Positions 47,838 through 57,279 of a stretch of 64,000 bases of DNA are shown here, one piece after another (within the stretch, counting starts at the first letter, position 1; each line of letters opens with the position of its first letter). The notes below the pieces were generated by a model. It saw only the letters and a program-made list of their open reading frames with translations. It searched no databases and was not told where the DNA came from. The DNA lies in the NCBI GenBank assembly GCA_049515775.1, contig JBEKTS010000002.1:1-64000 (forward strand). The letters are read 5' to 3'. This stretch comes from Nitrososphaerales archaeon. Its GTDB lineage: Archaea > Thermoproteota > Nitrososphaeria > Nitrososphaerales > Gagatemarchaeaceae. The position numbers and the translations under genes are program-made.

Positions 47838-47935
47838 TGGCGGGCCCGGCAGGATTTGAACCCGCGGCTTCTAGCTCGCCTCACCTTTTTGGGGATTAGA
47901 AGGCTAGCGCTCTATCCGTACTGAGCTACGGGCCC
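47838..47935 (-). tRNA. tRNA-Arg(UCU) with 20-nt intron at canonical 37/38 position; CCA encoded
   Basis: Acceptor stem GGGCCCG/CGGGCCC with discriminator G and CCA. D-arm GCUC/GAGC. Anticodon arm CUAGC-CUUCUAA-[intron UCCCCAAAAAGGUGAGGCGA]-GCUAG. T-arm GCGGG-UUCAAAU-CCUGC. Confidence 0.75.
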
Positions 47936-48058
47936 TTGGCTGGGCGCCCCGACCGATTGAATTAAGCGTTTGCGGACGGCGGCGACGCGCCGCCGTCGGA
48001 TCTCCACGGGGAGCGTCGCTCGAATGTTTTTAATCAGAGCTCGGGAAAGAGGCGCACC

Positions 48059-49429
48059 GTGGCGTTCCCCCAGGGAAGGCTCTTCGGAACCAACGGGGTG
48101 CGGTTCGTCCCAGGGGTGGACGCCGACCTCGAGTTCGTCGTCAGGTTCGCAGAGTGCGTGGGCACCTACTTCTCCGAGGGCGACGTCCTGACTGGGAGGG
48201 ACGGCAGGCTATCGGGCGAGGCGCTCACGCTCGCCCTCACCTCGGGGCTGATGAGCGCCGGGAGGGGGGTGGCCGAGGCCGGGCTGGTCCCGACGCCGGC
48301 CCTCCAGTACGCCACGAAGGCGCTCGGATACCGGGGCGGGGCGATGGTGACCGCCTCCCACAACCCGGCGGAGTACAACGGCCTCAAGGTCGTCGGCCCC
48401 GACGGCGTGGAGGTCAACAGGCTCGACGAGCAGAAGATCGAGAAGATATTCCGAGACGGCACGCTGAGGAGGGCCGACTGGAAGGGGGTGGGCACCTCCA
48501 GGGCCGAGCCGTCGGTGATCCGTGTCTACCTTGGAGGGATCCTCTCCAAGGTCAACGTCCGCGCCATCGCCGCCAGGGGCTTCAAGGTCGTGCTCGACCT
48601 GGGCAACGGCGCCCAGTGCCTCGCCGCGCCCTACCTCCTCGACATGCTGGGGTGCAAGATAGTGACGATCCACTCCGTAGTCGACGGCCGTTTCCCCGGG
48701 AGGGGGCCTGAGCCGACGCCGGCCTCGCTCGCGGACCTCAGCGCGACCGTCCGCGCCGTCGGCGCCGACCTGGGCGTCGCCTACGACGGGGACGGGGACC
48801 GGGCGATCTTCTGCGACGAGAGGGGGTCCGTCTACTGGGGGGACCAGTCCGGCTCGCTCCTCGCCGACTACCTGCTCGAGAGGAACCCCGGCGCGACCAT
48901 AGTCACGCCCGTGAGCTCCTCCCAGGCGGTCGAGGCCGTGGCGACGAAGCGGGGGGCCAAGGTCATCCGCACGAGGGTGGGCTCGGTGGAGGTCTCCAGG
49001 ACGATGATCGAGCGCGGCGCCTTCTTCGGCTTCGAGGAGAACGGAGGGTGCATCTACCCGGCGCACATAGCGGTCCGGGACGGAGGGATGACGACGGCCC
49101 TCATGCTCGAGTGCCTCGCCGCCCGTGGGCTCTCGTTCTCCAGGATAATGGCGAACACGGTCCCGAGGTTCTTCCAGGCCAAGGCGAAGGTCCCGGTGGC
49201 CCCGGCACAGGCCAGGGAGGTGATGAAGCTGATCGAGAGGCAGGGAGGCGTCCGGGTCGAGAAGATCGACGGGCTCAAGGTCTGGACCGACGAGAAGAGC
49301 TGGGTCCTGGTCAGGCCGTCCGGGACCGAGCCCATCGTGAGGGTCTTCGCCGAGTCGGATAGCGAGGAGAAGGTCGCCGCCCTCTCGAAGAGGTTCGTCC
49401 GCCTGGTGAAGTCGGCGCAGCCCAGCTAG
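48059..49429 (+). CDS. Phosphohexomutase (archaeal phosphoglucosamine/phosphomannomutase, GlmM/ManB-like)
   Basis: Active site TASHNP. Mg loop DGDGDR. Leaderless GTG start 33 nt after TATA-like gtttttaatc. Confidence 0.85.
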   Translation: MAFPQGRLFGTNGVRFVPGVDADLEFVVRFAECVGTYFSEGDVLTGRDGRLSGEALTLALTSGLMSAGRGVAEAGLVPTPALQYATKALGYRGGAMVTASHNPAEYNGLKVVGPDGVEVNRLDEQKIEKIFRDGTLRRADWKGVGTSRAEPSVIRVYLGGILSKVNVRAIAARGFKVVLDLGNGAQCLAAPYLLDMLGCKIVTIHSVVDGRFPGRGPEPTPASLADLSATVRAVGADLGVAYDGDGDRAIFCDERGSVYWGDQSGSLLADYLLERNPGATIVTPVSSSQAVEAVATKRGAKVIRTRVGSVEVSRTMIERGAFFGFEENGGCIYPAHIAVRDGGMTTALMLECLAARGLSFSRIMANTVPRFFQAKAKVPVAPAQAREVMKLIERQGGVRVEKIDGLKVWTDEKSWVLVRPSGTEPIVRVFAESDSEEKVAALSKRFVRLVKSAQPS

Positions 49430-49475
49430 CCGTCCCGAGACCCAAAGCGCGAGCCGGCCGATTGGAGGTCCCCGC

Positions 49476-50423
49476 CTAGCTGAGGTGGACCCATCCCTTC
49501 TTCGGTATCTCGTCCCCGCCCGCCATCGTGACCTTCCTCCCCTCCTCGACGGCCTCGCCTATCACCATGAGGTGGGCCCCCGCGGCGCTGGCGGCCGCGA
49601 CGGCCCCCGCGAGCCCGTCCTGCGGAACGGTGCCGACGATCTCGTACTCCTCCCCGCCGTAGAGAACGAGATCTTCGAGCCGATAGCCGTTCTGCGCCGC
49701 GAACCCCTCGAGGGGTCTGGCGTGGGGGAGCGAGTCGATCCTAATCCCGAGGCGGCTCGCCTCCGCTATCGAGTGGAGGCAGATGGCGAGCCCGTCGGAC
49801 GAATCGGTCGCGGAGGAGAGGTGCCCCCGGAGCGCGAGCCCGGCCGCGAGCCTCGGCGAGGGCCTGCGGACGCTGCGGAGCGCCGCCCTCCCGAACCCGG
49901 GGGCCGCCTTCGCGCCATCCAGGAGCATCTTCAGCCCCGCGGAGGTCGTCCCGAACTCGCCCGTCACGACCACCAGGTCCCCGGGGCTCGCACCACCCCT
50001 CTCGACGATGCGGTCCGCGAACCCGGCCACGATCGAGTCGATGACCACGTCGTCCGCCTCGTTGGTGTCCCCCCCGACGAGGTGCAGCCCCCACTCGGCC
50101 GTCCCGTCCCCGATCCCCCGGGCGACCGCGCGCACGTCCCCGTCGCTCAGGCTGCGCGGTATCCCCAGCGAGACCATCAGCGCCAGAGGGGCGACCCCCT
50201 TCGCGGCGAAGTCGCTGACGCACATGGCCACCGCCTTGCGACCCGCCTGCCTCCAGGTCATACCGGGCGGTACGTCGGTCCTGCCCACGAGCATGTCTGA
50301 CTTGAGGACCAGCCTCCCGGCGGAGCTGGGAAGGCTGGCGACGTCGTCCCCCAGGGGGGAATACCCCGCTGGGAGCCTCCCGGCCGTCCTCGTCAGGAGG
50401 TCTATGATCTCGTACTCATTCAT
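49476..50423 (-). CDS. thiL: Thiamine-monophosphate kinase (AIR-synthase-related fold)
   Basis: LGDDVA, MLVGRTDVP, GGDTNEAD, GEFGTTSAGL. Confidence 0.75.
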   Translation of the reverse strand: MNEYEIIDLLTRTAGRLPAGYSPLGDDVASLPSSAGRLVLKSDMLVGRTDVPPGMTWRQAGRKAVAMCVSDFAAKGVAPLALMVSLGIPRSLSDGDVRAVARGIGDGTAEWGLHLVGGDTNEADDVVIDSIVAGFADRIVERGGASPGDLVVVTGEFGTTSAGLKMLLDGAKAAPGFGRAALRSVRRPSPRLAAGLALRGHLSSATDSSDGLAICLHSIAEASRLGIRIDSLPHARPLEGFAAQNGYRLEDLVLYGGEEYEIVGTVPQDGLAGAVAAASAAGAHLMVIGEAVEEGRKVTMAGGDEIPKKGWVHLS

Positions 50424-51732
50424 CCTGCGAGAGCCTCTGGAGCCTGTCGAGGTACGTCTCGGCTAGCCGCTGGGACTCCTTCGCGGTGGGAGACTCCGCC
50501 GAGACCCTGACCACGTCCTCCGTCCCCGAGACCCTGATCAGCACCCAGGCCCTCCGGGAGACGGCGATCTTGATGCCGTCGAGCGCGTCCGCGTCGGGAT
50601 GCTCCTTCTGCAGCCTCCTTATCGCGGCGAGCGCCTTGCTCCTCTTCATGGCCAGCTTGACCCTCGCCTGGCTGTAGGACGGTACCCCGTCGAGGACCCC
50701 GGGGCCGTCCCGCTTGATCGCCCTGACGATGGTGATCGCGGCGAGCATCGAGTCCCTGCAGAAGTTGAACCTGCCGTCGATGAGGCCGCCGCTGCTCCCC
50801 TCCCCCCCGACGTCCACGCGCTCCTCCCTCATCTTCGATATCACGTTCGCCTCCCCGACCCTGGAGCGGTACGTCCTCCCGCCCAGCGCCGAGACCACGT
50901 CGTCGATCGCCCGGGTAGTGTCGGCGGAGACGGCCACCGACCTGGTCCCCAGCGTCGGCAGGATCTCCTTCATCGCGAGCGTGAGCATGTAGTCTCCCGT
51001 CCTCTTCCTCCCGCTCCCGTCGACGAGGACGAGCCTGTCCCCGTCGCAGTCGAAGGCGAACCCGACGTCGCACCCCTCCTCCCTGACCGTCGCCGTGAGG
51101 AGGTCGAGGTCGTCGTTGGTCGGGTCGACCTTCCTGCTGAAGACGCCGGGCGCCCCTCCCAGCACGGTCAGTCTGCATCCCAGGCCCTGCAGTATGGCGG
51201 GGGCGTGGGCGATGGCCGCCCCCCCGTTCAGGTCGGCCGCGACCTTCACGCCCTGGCAGGACCCCTCCCCGGCCATCCTCACGAGCTCCTCGACGTAGGA
51301 GGGCGTCGGGCCGGCCCTCGCGGTGGCCCCTCCGGCGCCCGGGCCCCGCGGCGCATCCCTGGGGGGCTTGAGGATCCGGTCGAACTCCCCCTGGTCCACC
51401 CCTCGGCCGTTCAGGACGAACTTCAGCCCGTTCCACTCGGGCTCGTTGTGGGACGCCGTGACCATCACCGCCGCGCTCTCCCGGGTCCTGCTCTCCCGGA
51501 AGAGGGCGGGCGTCGAGATGACGCCGTAGTCGACGACGCTCTTACCGGCCTCGAGCAGCGCGCCCCTCACGAGCCTCGAGATCAGGTCGCCCGTGGACCT
51601 CGTGTCCCTCCCGACCAGCACCTCCCTGGAGGTCGCCACGAGGGAGAAGCCGCGGGCGTAGGCAGCGACGTCCGCGGGCATCAGGTCGCCGTTCAGGATC
51701 CCGCGGATGCCGCTGATCGTCGCGATGGTCAC
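50416..51732 (-). CDS. Phosphohexomutase paralog (GlmM/ManB-like)
   Basis: TASHNEPEWNG, DCDGDR. 8-nt overlap with thiL. Confidence 0.85.
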   Translation of the reverse strand: MTIATISGIRGILNGDLMPADVAAYARGFSLVATSREVLVGRDTRSTGDLISRLVRGALLEAGKSVVDYGVISTPALFRESRTRESAAVMVTASHNEPEWNGLKFVLNGRGVDQGEFDRILKPPRDAPRGPGAGGATARAGPTPSYVEELVRMAGEGSCQGVKVAADLNGGAAIAHAPAILQGLGCRLTVLGGAPGVFSRKVDPTNDDLDLLTATVREEGCDVGFAFDCDGDRLVLVDGSGRKRTGDYMLTLAMKEILPTLGTRSVAVSADTTRAIDDVVSALGGRTYRSRVGEANVISKMREERVDVGGEGSSGGLIDGRFNFCRDSMLAAITIVRAIKRDGPGVLDGVPSYSQARVKLAMKRSKALAAIRRLQKEHPDADALDGIKIAVSRRAWVLIRVSGTEDVVRVSAESPTAKESQRLAETYLDRLQRLSQDE

Positions 51733-51779
51733 GCTAGCACCCGCTAGTTAGGATTTCGCCTGCAAGGAGTGAACGGATT

Positions 51780-52322
51780 TTGAGTTCCGGTCTTTTGATT
51801 GCGGACGGGACCTCTTCCCCCGAGATGCCCCTCAAGGTGTTCAAGGCGAAGAGAAACGTCTCTCTGGGAGAGTACAAGTTCACCCAGATATTCATGGGCG
51901 TCGAGAACTCCCCGACCCTTCTTAGGCTCTTCGGTTCGCAGCGGGGCATGCTAAAGATCATCCATCACCTGAAGCTCGGGGTGGTCGACTCCGACTGGGG
52001 CATCTGGCTCGACCACAACACTGGCTCGGTCTGCATCGGCTCCAAGTACCTCGTCTCGGCAAGGATAAACTGCCTCTATCTCGACGTCATCCACGTCCTG
52101 GTCCACGTGAAGCAGTTCCTCGACGGGCGGGACCTCTACGACCAGACCTTCGAGTACGTCGACAGGCCCACCGAGATCGAGGCGTACCGCTACACCATAG
52201 ACGAGGCCAAGAGGCTGCAGATGAGCGAGGACGAGATCCTGAAGTACCTCCGGGTCGACGCCGTCGACGACTCCGAGCTCGGCCGGCTGATCGAGAAGAT
52301 CGGCGTCCGGCTGAGGCGCTGA
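51780..52322 (+). CDS. Hypothetical protein
   Basis: 180 aa with a His-rich segment [13 protein letters not shown]. Start uncertain (TTG 51780 or ATG 51825). Confidence 0.4.
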   Translation: MSSGLLIADGTSSPEMPLKVFKAKRNVSLGEYKFTQIFMGVENSPTLLRLFGSQRGMLKIIHHLKLGVVDSDWGIWLDHNTGSVCIGSKYLVSARINCLYLDVIHVLVHVKQFLDGRDLYDQTFEYVDRPTEIEAYRYTIDEAKRLQMSEDEILKYLRVDAVDDSELGRLIEKIGVRLRR

Positions 52323-52411
52323 CCTCCGGCCCTCGGTTCGCGGCCGGGAGGACACGGCCCCGCCTCGCTTCCCAAGCCTTAAGAAAGGCCGCCGGACCGG
52401 ACCCGGGCAGC

Positions 52412-53746
52412 ATGAAGTACGTGGAGGGCGCGAAGAAGCTCTTCATGAGCACGGGCACGACCTTCCCTCGGGAGGTGATCTGGTCCGTCGCCCTGATCAA
52501 GCAGCTCTCTGCCGGGGCCAACCACTCGCTGGGCAAGTTGGACGATGGGACCTTCCGGGCGATCTCGGACGCCGCCCAGGAGGTCATGGACGGGGCGCAC
52601 GACGATCAGATCGGCGTCGACGTCTTCCAGACGGGCTCGGGGACCGGAATCAACATGAACGTCAACGAGGCGATAGCCGAGCGCGCCTCGGAGTTGGCCG
52701 GGAAGAGCGTCCACCCCAACGACCACGTCAACATGGGGCAGTCCTCGAACGACGTTGTCCCGACCGCCATACGAGTCGCGGCCGTCTCGCTCGCGCGGGA
52801 GAGGATGCTCCCGTCGCTCGCCGGGATCACGGCCAGCCTGACCCGCCTCTCCGCGAAGACCTCCTCGGTCTACAAGTCGGGCAGGACCCACCTCCGGGAC
52901 GCGATGCCCGTGACGATGGGGCAGGAGTTCGGCGCCTACGCCGACGCCTTCACCCACGACAGGCGCATGGTATCCGACGCGCTCGGGTACGTGAGCGAGC
53001 TCCCCCTGGGCGGGACGGCCGTGGGGACGGGGGTGAACACCGACCCGCGGTTCGGGGGGATGGTCATCGGCGAGCTCAACAGGGTGACGAAGCTCCGGTT
53101 CACCGAGGCGGACGACAGGTTCCGCGCGATGAGGCTCCTCACGGACCTGGTGGCGCTCTCCTCGGCGCTCAGGGTCACCGCCCTGGACCTCCACAGGCTC
53201 TGCCAGGACCTCAGGCTGATGTTCTCGGGCCCGCTCACGGGACTAGGCGAGCTGGACCTCCCGAAGCAGGCGGAGGTAGCCGGGAGCAGCATAATGCCGG
53301 GCAAGACCAACCCGGTCACGGTCGAGGCGGCGCTCCTGGTCTGCTCGCAGGTCTACGGCCTCGACGCCGCGAACCAGTCGGCGGCGACGCTCGGGGAGTT
53401 CGAGCTCTCCATGGGCGTCCCCCTGATGGGGTACAACGTCGCCCTCCAGCTCAAGCTCCTCTCCGAGGCCCTGAACAAGGTCTCGTCGCTGGTCATAGAC
53501 CACGTCGTGCCCGACCGGGCCCGCCTGAGGGCCTACGCCGAGACCAGCCCGTCGCTGATCACCGTCCTCTCCCCCACGATAGGCTACGACAGGGCCTCGG
53601 CCATCGGCAAGAAGCTCTCGCTGGGCCGCTCGACGAGGGACGCGCTGAAGGAGATGGGGTACAGCGACGGGGAGATCGACGGGCTACTGGACATGAAGAA
53701 GCTGGTGGGCCGCCGTCGCCCCGGCAAGCGACCCAAGCGCTCCTAG
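52412..53746 (+). CDS. fumC: Class II fumarate hydratase / aspartase-family lyase
   Basis: Fumarate-lyase signature [27 protein letters not shown] and the following region align to FumC. Confidence 0.85.
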   Translation: MKYVEGAKKLFMSTGTTFPREVIWSVALIKQLSAGANHSLGKLDDGTFRAISDAAQEVMDGAHDDQIGVDVFQTGSGTGINMNVNEAIAERASELAGKSVHPNDHVNMGQSSNDVVPTAIRVAAVSLARERMLPSLAGITASLTRLSAKTSSVYKSGRTHLRDAMPVTMGQEFGAYADAFTHDRRMVSDALGYVSELPLGGTAVGTGVNTDPRFGGMVIGELNRVTKLRFTEADDRFRAMRLLTDLVALSSALRVTALDLHRLCQDLRLMFSGPLTGLGELDLPKQAEVAGSSIMPGKTNPVTVEAALLVCSQVYGLDAANQSAATLGEFELSMGVPLMGYNVALQLKLLSEALNKVSSLVIDHVVPDRARLRAYAETSPSLITVLSPTIGYDRASAIGKKLSLGRSTRDALKEMGYSDGEIDGLLDMKKLVGRRRPGKRPKRS

Positions 53747-53828
53747 CCCATCGCGGGCGAGCCCCGGGGCCAGGTCACGACCGTTTCCCGGGTGCAGCAG
53801 GCGGGTCCAGAGGGTCCGAGCGACGTCT

Positions 53829-54176
53829 CTAGTGGCCGCCGCAGCCGCAGCCGCCGGCCTGGACGTTCGGGTTGATGATCTTGAACCCCCTCCTCTGGAG
53901 GTTCTCGCTGTAGTCTATCTTCGAGCCCCTGAGTATGTCGACGTTGTTCTTGTCCGTGACGACCTTGATGTCCTCTATCTCCTCGACCACGTCGTCCGGC
54001 CTCGCCTTCTCCTCCAGGCCCATGCCGTACTTGTAGCCGCCGCTGCACGCGCAGCCTCCGGACGCGTAGACGTCTATCCTCAGGAGGGCGCTCGAGGCGT
54101 TCTGCTCCTTTAGCGCCTCCATCAACTTCTCCCGAGCGGGCGCGCTGAACTGCACAATCGGCACTGTCTTCTGCAT
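53829..54176 (-). CDS. Iron-sulfur cluster insertion protein (HesB/IscA/ErpA family)
   Basis: C-terminal CGCG plus an internal GGC cysteine triad: IDVYASGGCACSGG....AGGCGCGG. Confidence 0.85.
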   Translation of the reverse strand: MQKTVPIVQFSAPAREKLMEALKEQNASSALLRIDVYASGGCACSGGYKYGMGLEEKARPDDVVEEIEDIKVVTDKNNVDILRGSKIDYSENLQRRGFKIINPNVQAGGCGCGGH

Positions 54177-54342
54177 AGCTAGTCCGGAATCTTGATTTGG
54201 TATTTATGCGTTACCTACGAACGCTCCAGAGCGTCGTGCCGGTGGGATGGCCACTTCGGGTCGCCTCAGGGCTGCACGGTCCTCCTCGAGAGGAGGATCG
54301 AGAGGCAGACGAGGATCACCATCACCGTCCCAGTGACCGGGG

Positions 54343-54522
54343 CTACCAGGGAGATTGACCCGGCGTTCGGTCCGCTGCCGAAGGCCAGGGGACGGCCCCC
54401 GGGAAGACCACCCCGCCTACGGAGACCGAAGAGCCCGCGCCGGCGCCTCGCGCAGACGGGACGATTCCTGCGACGAGCAAGACGAACCCGGCCGCGTAGA
54501 GGCTCGAGGACCCGACCTTCAT
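54343..54522 (-). CDS. Small membrane protein (second gene of a two-gene small-membrane operon)
   Basis: MKVGSSSLYAAGFVLLVAGIVPSA.... 5-nt gap after the upstream small gene. Confidence 0.3.
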   Translation of the reverse strand: MKVGSSSLYAAGFVLLVAGIVPSARGAGAGSSVSVGGVVFPGAVPWPSAADRTPGQSPW

Positions 54523-54527
54523 CCCCC

Positions 54528-54812
54528 TCACGCCGCGTGGCCCATGAGCGCGCTCAGGACGATCAGGATGATGGCGAGGGCTATCGCCTGGACGGTCCAC
54601 CGGGCGTCGGAACCGAAGACTATCGGTATGGGGCCGATCGTGACGACGGCTCCGCCCCTAACCGGGGCCCCCTTCATCCCGTTCCCCTTCTCTTCCTCCT
54701 CCTCTCCTTCCCGTCCGTCCCCTTCTCGGCGCGCAGCCGGGACCGTCGCCGGGAGGATCAGCGCGACGCCAGCCAGGACCCCGAGCTCCCCGAGGAGGAC
54801 CGGTCCCGGCAT
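54528..54812 (-). CDS. Small 2-TM membrane protein with acidic (E-rich) loop
   Basis: ATG 54812 lies about 25 nt downstream of a TATATAAAG box (minus strand), so the transcript is leaderless. TM helices at both ends. Confidence 0.4.
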   Translation of the reverse strand: MPGPVLLGELGVLAGVALILPATVPAARREGDGREGEEEEEKGNGMKGAPVRGGAVVTIGPIPIVFGSDARWTVQAIALAIILIVLSALMGHAA

Positions 54813-54873
54813 GAGGCTTCGAGCGGCGCGGTGCTTTATATACGATGGACCGGCCCTGGACCCCAGCCGGACA

Positions 54874-55041
54874 TTGCCAGAGTACAGGTACTGCGAGAGG
54901 TGCATGATGCGGACAGAGCACGAGCTCGTGGTCGACACGCGGAGGTACAACCCGCGGGGCAGGGGGAACTACAAGTGCACCAAGTGCGGCCGCGTCAAGT
55001 CGATGCGCCACCTCAGACCGAGCTCCGAGATCGGCTACTAG
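54874..55041 (+). CDS. Small zinc-ribbon protein (CERC...CTKCG)
   Basis: PEYRYCERCMMRTEHELVVDTRRYNPRGRGNYKCTKCGRV with two Cys knuckles. TTG 54874 lies about 30 nt after the same palindromic TATA read on the plus strand. ATG 54811 is an alternative but would place the TATA inside the CDS. Confidence 0.35.
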   Translation: MPEYRYCERCMMRTEHELVVDTRRYNPRGRGNYKCTKCGRVKSMRHLRPSSEIGY

Positions 55042-56616
55042 CTAGACCCAGTGGGGTCGGGAAGCCGGGTCACGGTCGGCTACCGGAGGACCGTCGTCAG
55101 CGCCGGTCTCCGGAGGGGGCGCTACCTGCCGCTCCTCCTCCTCCCTCTTGGTCCGCCTCCTCACCCTCGGTCTCCTCCACCCGCTCCGCCCCGAGAGGGC
55201 GCGGTCCGAGACGGCAGGGATGGCGAGCGCCGCCGCGATGATGAGGCCGGCGGGCAGGGGCCAGTAGCCGTGCACGAAGGACAGCCACCACACGTCGATT
55301 CCGCCCCTCAGGAAGCTCGGGAGGGTGGCGTCCAGGAACGGGGAGAGCCCGTAGCTGGTCGTGGGCGCCAGGACCGAGGTCACGGCAGCGATCCCGTTGA
55401 TGACCGCCCCGACGGCGTAGAGGGCGAACGCGAGGGCCCGCATCGCCCGCCCGCCAGCCTCGATGACCATCCCCGCTGGGATGATTAGGAACGGGATCGC
55501 CGGGACCAGGAAGCGCGGGCCGAAGGCGGCGCCGCCGACCACGTCGTACCACGCCGAGTAGGGGAGGAAGATGCCGAGGAAGCACGCCAGGAGGAGGAAC
55601 CCCTCCCTCCTGTACCTCCCGTGCCTGAGCATCTGCGCGAACCCGAAGACCCCGAGGACCAGGAAGACGGTGAAGACGAAGAGCCCCCTGAGCGGCGAGA
55701 AGAGGTTGAGGTAGACCCCCACGTAGAGCGGGGTCGAGAACTCGCCTAGCGGGGTCGAGCTGCCGAGGTAGACCTGCTCGGTCGTATGGAAGGGCGTGCC
55801 GAAGATCGCCTGGTTGTAGAGCCCGACCAGCAGGACGCCCACCAGGGATGCGAGGAGGAAGCCCGTGGTGAGCCCCGTCAGGGTGCGGCGGCCCCTCCCC
55901 CGGAGGGCGAGGATGAAGCACCCTGCGAGGACGGGGATGAGGATGGCGTTCACGTAGTCCGTCGTCAGCGCCGTCGCGATGGAGAGGCCCGCCAGGGCGG
56001 CGTCCCGGAGCCTCCCGTCGCGGGTCGCGCGCACGACGAAGTAGACCGCCAGGAGGTCGAACAGCGCCGAGACGTCGCTCTGGAAGAAGTAGGTCGCGAA
56101 CGGCCAGCTGATCGTCGAGAAGGCGTAGACGAACGCCAGCAGCGCCGAGGTCCTCTTTGTGAAGAAGAACCGCCCCAGGGCGTAGACCAGGTAGGCCGCC
56201 ACCGAGTTGGCGAGCGCCACGAAGACCTCCGAGGCCAGCATGGCGTAGCCGAAGACCGTGAAGTGGCCGTCGAGGGCGAACCCCACCCCCACGAACGGGA
56301 GCGCGAGGATGGCCGTCCCCGGGGCGAGCGCGCTGAAGTAGTTGCCGTCGAACTCAAAGTCGTCGACGGAGTTGGGCTGGAAGCCGCCGCTGCCGCTCCC
56401 CAGGACGAACGAGTGGTGCGTCCAGATCGACCAGTCGAGCTGGAGGAAGCTCGTGGTGTGGTCGGTGGCCCAGACCGAGTTGAGGGTGAGAAGGTAGACG
56501 AGGAAGGCCGAGAGGAAGATGAGCAGACCGGCCGTGACTCGGGGGCTGGAGCGCAGGATTTGCCCGGGCATCTGCTTCTTCTGGTCCTCAGCCGACGGGA
56601 GACGGCGGAAATGCAT
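55042..56616 (-). CDS. Polytopic membrane protein, GT-C-like (ArnT/PMT/GT39-like) putative glycosyltransferase
   Basis: About 13 TM helices. Conserved acidic loop near the N-terminus (DHTTSF..DW). Arg/Glu-rich C-terminal tail. Confidence 0.55.
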   Translation of the reverse strand: MHFRRLPSAEDQKKQMPGQILRSSPRVTAGLLIFLSAFLVYLLTLNSVWATDHTTSFLQLDWSIWTHHSFVLGSGSGGFQPNSVDDFEFDGNYFSALAPGTAILALPFVGVGFALDGHFTVFGYAMLASEVFVALANSVAAYLVYALGRFFFTKRTSALLAFVYAFSTISWPFATYFFQSDVSALFDLLAVYFVVRATRDGRLRDAALAGLSIATALTTDYVNAILIPVLAGCFILALRGRGRRTLTGLTTGFLLASLVGVLLVGLYNQAIFGTPFHTTEQVYLGSSTPLGEFSTPLYVGVYLNLFSPLRGLFVFTVFLVLGVFGFAQMLRHGRYRREGFLLLACFLGIFLPYSAWYDVVGGAAFGPRFLVPAIPFLIIPAGMVIEAGGRAMRALAFALYAVGAVINGIAAVTSVLAPTTSYGLSPFLDATLPSFLRGGIDVWWLSFVHGYWPLPAGLIIAAALAIPAVSDRALSGRSGWRRPRVRRRTKREEEERQVAPPPETGADDGPPVADRDPASRPHWV

Positions 56617-56768
56617 TGCTGTGAGGCCCCTCGCGTCCCCTGCCAGGCGGCAGCTCCCCCGTCCGTCCCATCGTCGAGAAATCCCCGCGGCTCGTGATTA
56701 ATAGTTTTGTCCGAACTGCGCCTCCGACCCGGGACGGCAGAGGCAGCGAGCCCTCTCTTGAGTGTGAG

Positions 56769-56859
56769 AGCCGGCGACGGGCTTTGATCCCATGACCCCA
56801 CGCTTACGAGGCGTCTGAGCCCAATTATGGAGTGCTCTACCAGGCTGAGCTACGCCGGC
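56769..56859 (-). tRNA. tRNA-Thr(CGU) with about 17-nt intron at non-canonical position 27/28
   Basis: Acceptor stem GCCGGCG/CGCCGGC with discriminator U. D-arm GCUC-AGCCUGGUA-GAGC. After intron removal (UCCAUAAUUGGGCUCAG) the anticodon arm is CACGC-CUCGUAA-GCGUG. Variable loop GGGUC. T-arm AUGGG-AUCAAAG-CCCGU. A TTTTAAAA box lies 27-34 nt upstream. Confidence 0.5.
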
Positions 56860-57026
56860 GCTAATCGGGGGACCTCCTTTTCCCGTCCTTTTAAAATGTA
56901 GACCGTCCCCATCGCGCCCTACCGGCGGGACCCGTCGGGCGGGTCGCATCGGCGCGAGCGGAAGCGTGCGCACCGACGGCCGACTCGGAAGAGTTTTAGA
57001 ACCTCGGGTTGGGAGGCGGTGCTTGT

Positions 57027-57111
57027 GCGGGGGTCGCCCAGCATGGCCAACGGCGTTGGACTGAGGCTCCAATCCCTTAGGGGTTCGTGGGTTCGAATCC
57101 CACCCCCCGCA
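57027..57111 (+). tRNA. tRNA-Leu(GAG), class II with long variable arm
   Basis: Acceptor stem GCGGGGG/CCCCCGC followed by ACCA. Anticodon arm UUGGA-CUGAGGC-UCCAA. Variable arm CCCUUAGGGG. T-loop UUCGAAU. Confidence 0.8.
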
Positions 57112-57279
57112 CCACACAGACCGGCCAAGCCCACCCCTCGCATCGCGTTTGGCCTCTGATTCCCCTCCGGTCAGCGTGCAGATTCTGAAGGCGCCGGTCG
57201 CTTCAAACATCGTCCAGGATGGCGGGCCGTTCGTCCATGACGACCATCGTCTCCTCGGCGCGGCGAGCGGCGGCGACCC

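Noticed and set aside
54355-55041. 228-aa plus-strand ORF
   Set aside because: Only the last about 56 codons look like a real zinc ribbon. The upstream part is antisense to two small membrane genes and contains a TATA box.
55097-56801. ORFs 55097-55921(-), 55786-56697(+) and 55965-56801(-) over the GT-C membrane gene and the tRNA-Thr
   Set aside because: Off-frame or antisense reads. One of them runs through a tRNA gene.
56769-56859. Canonical 37/38 intron model for the tRNA at this locus
   Set aside because: It would place A at position 33 and cannot form a 7-nt anticodon loop with a 5-bp stem. The 27/28 intron model gives a perfect cloverleaf.
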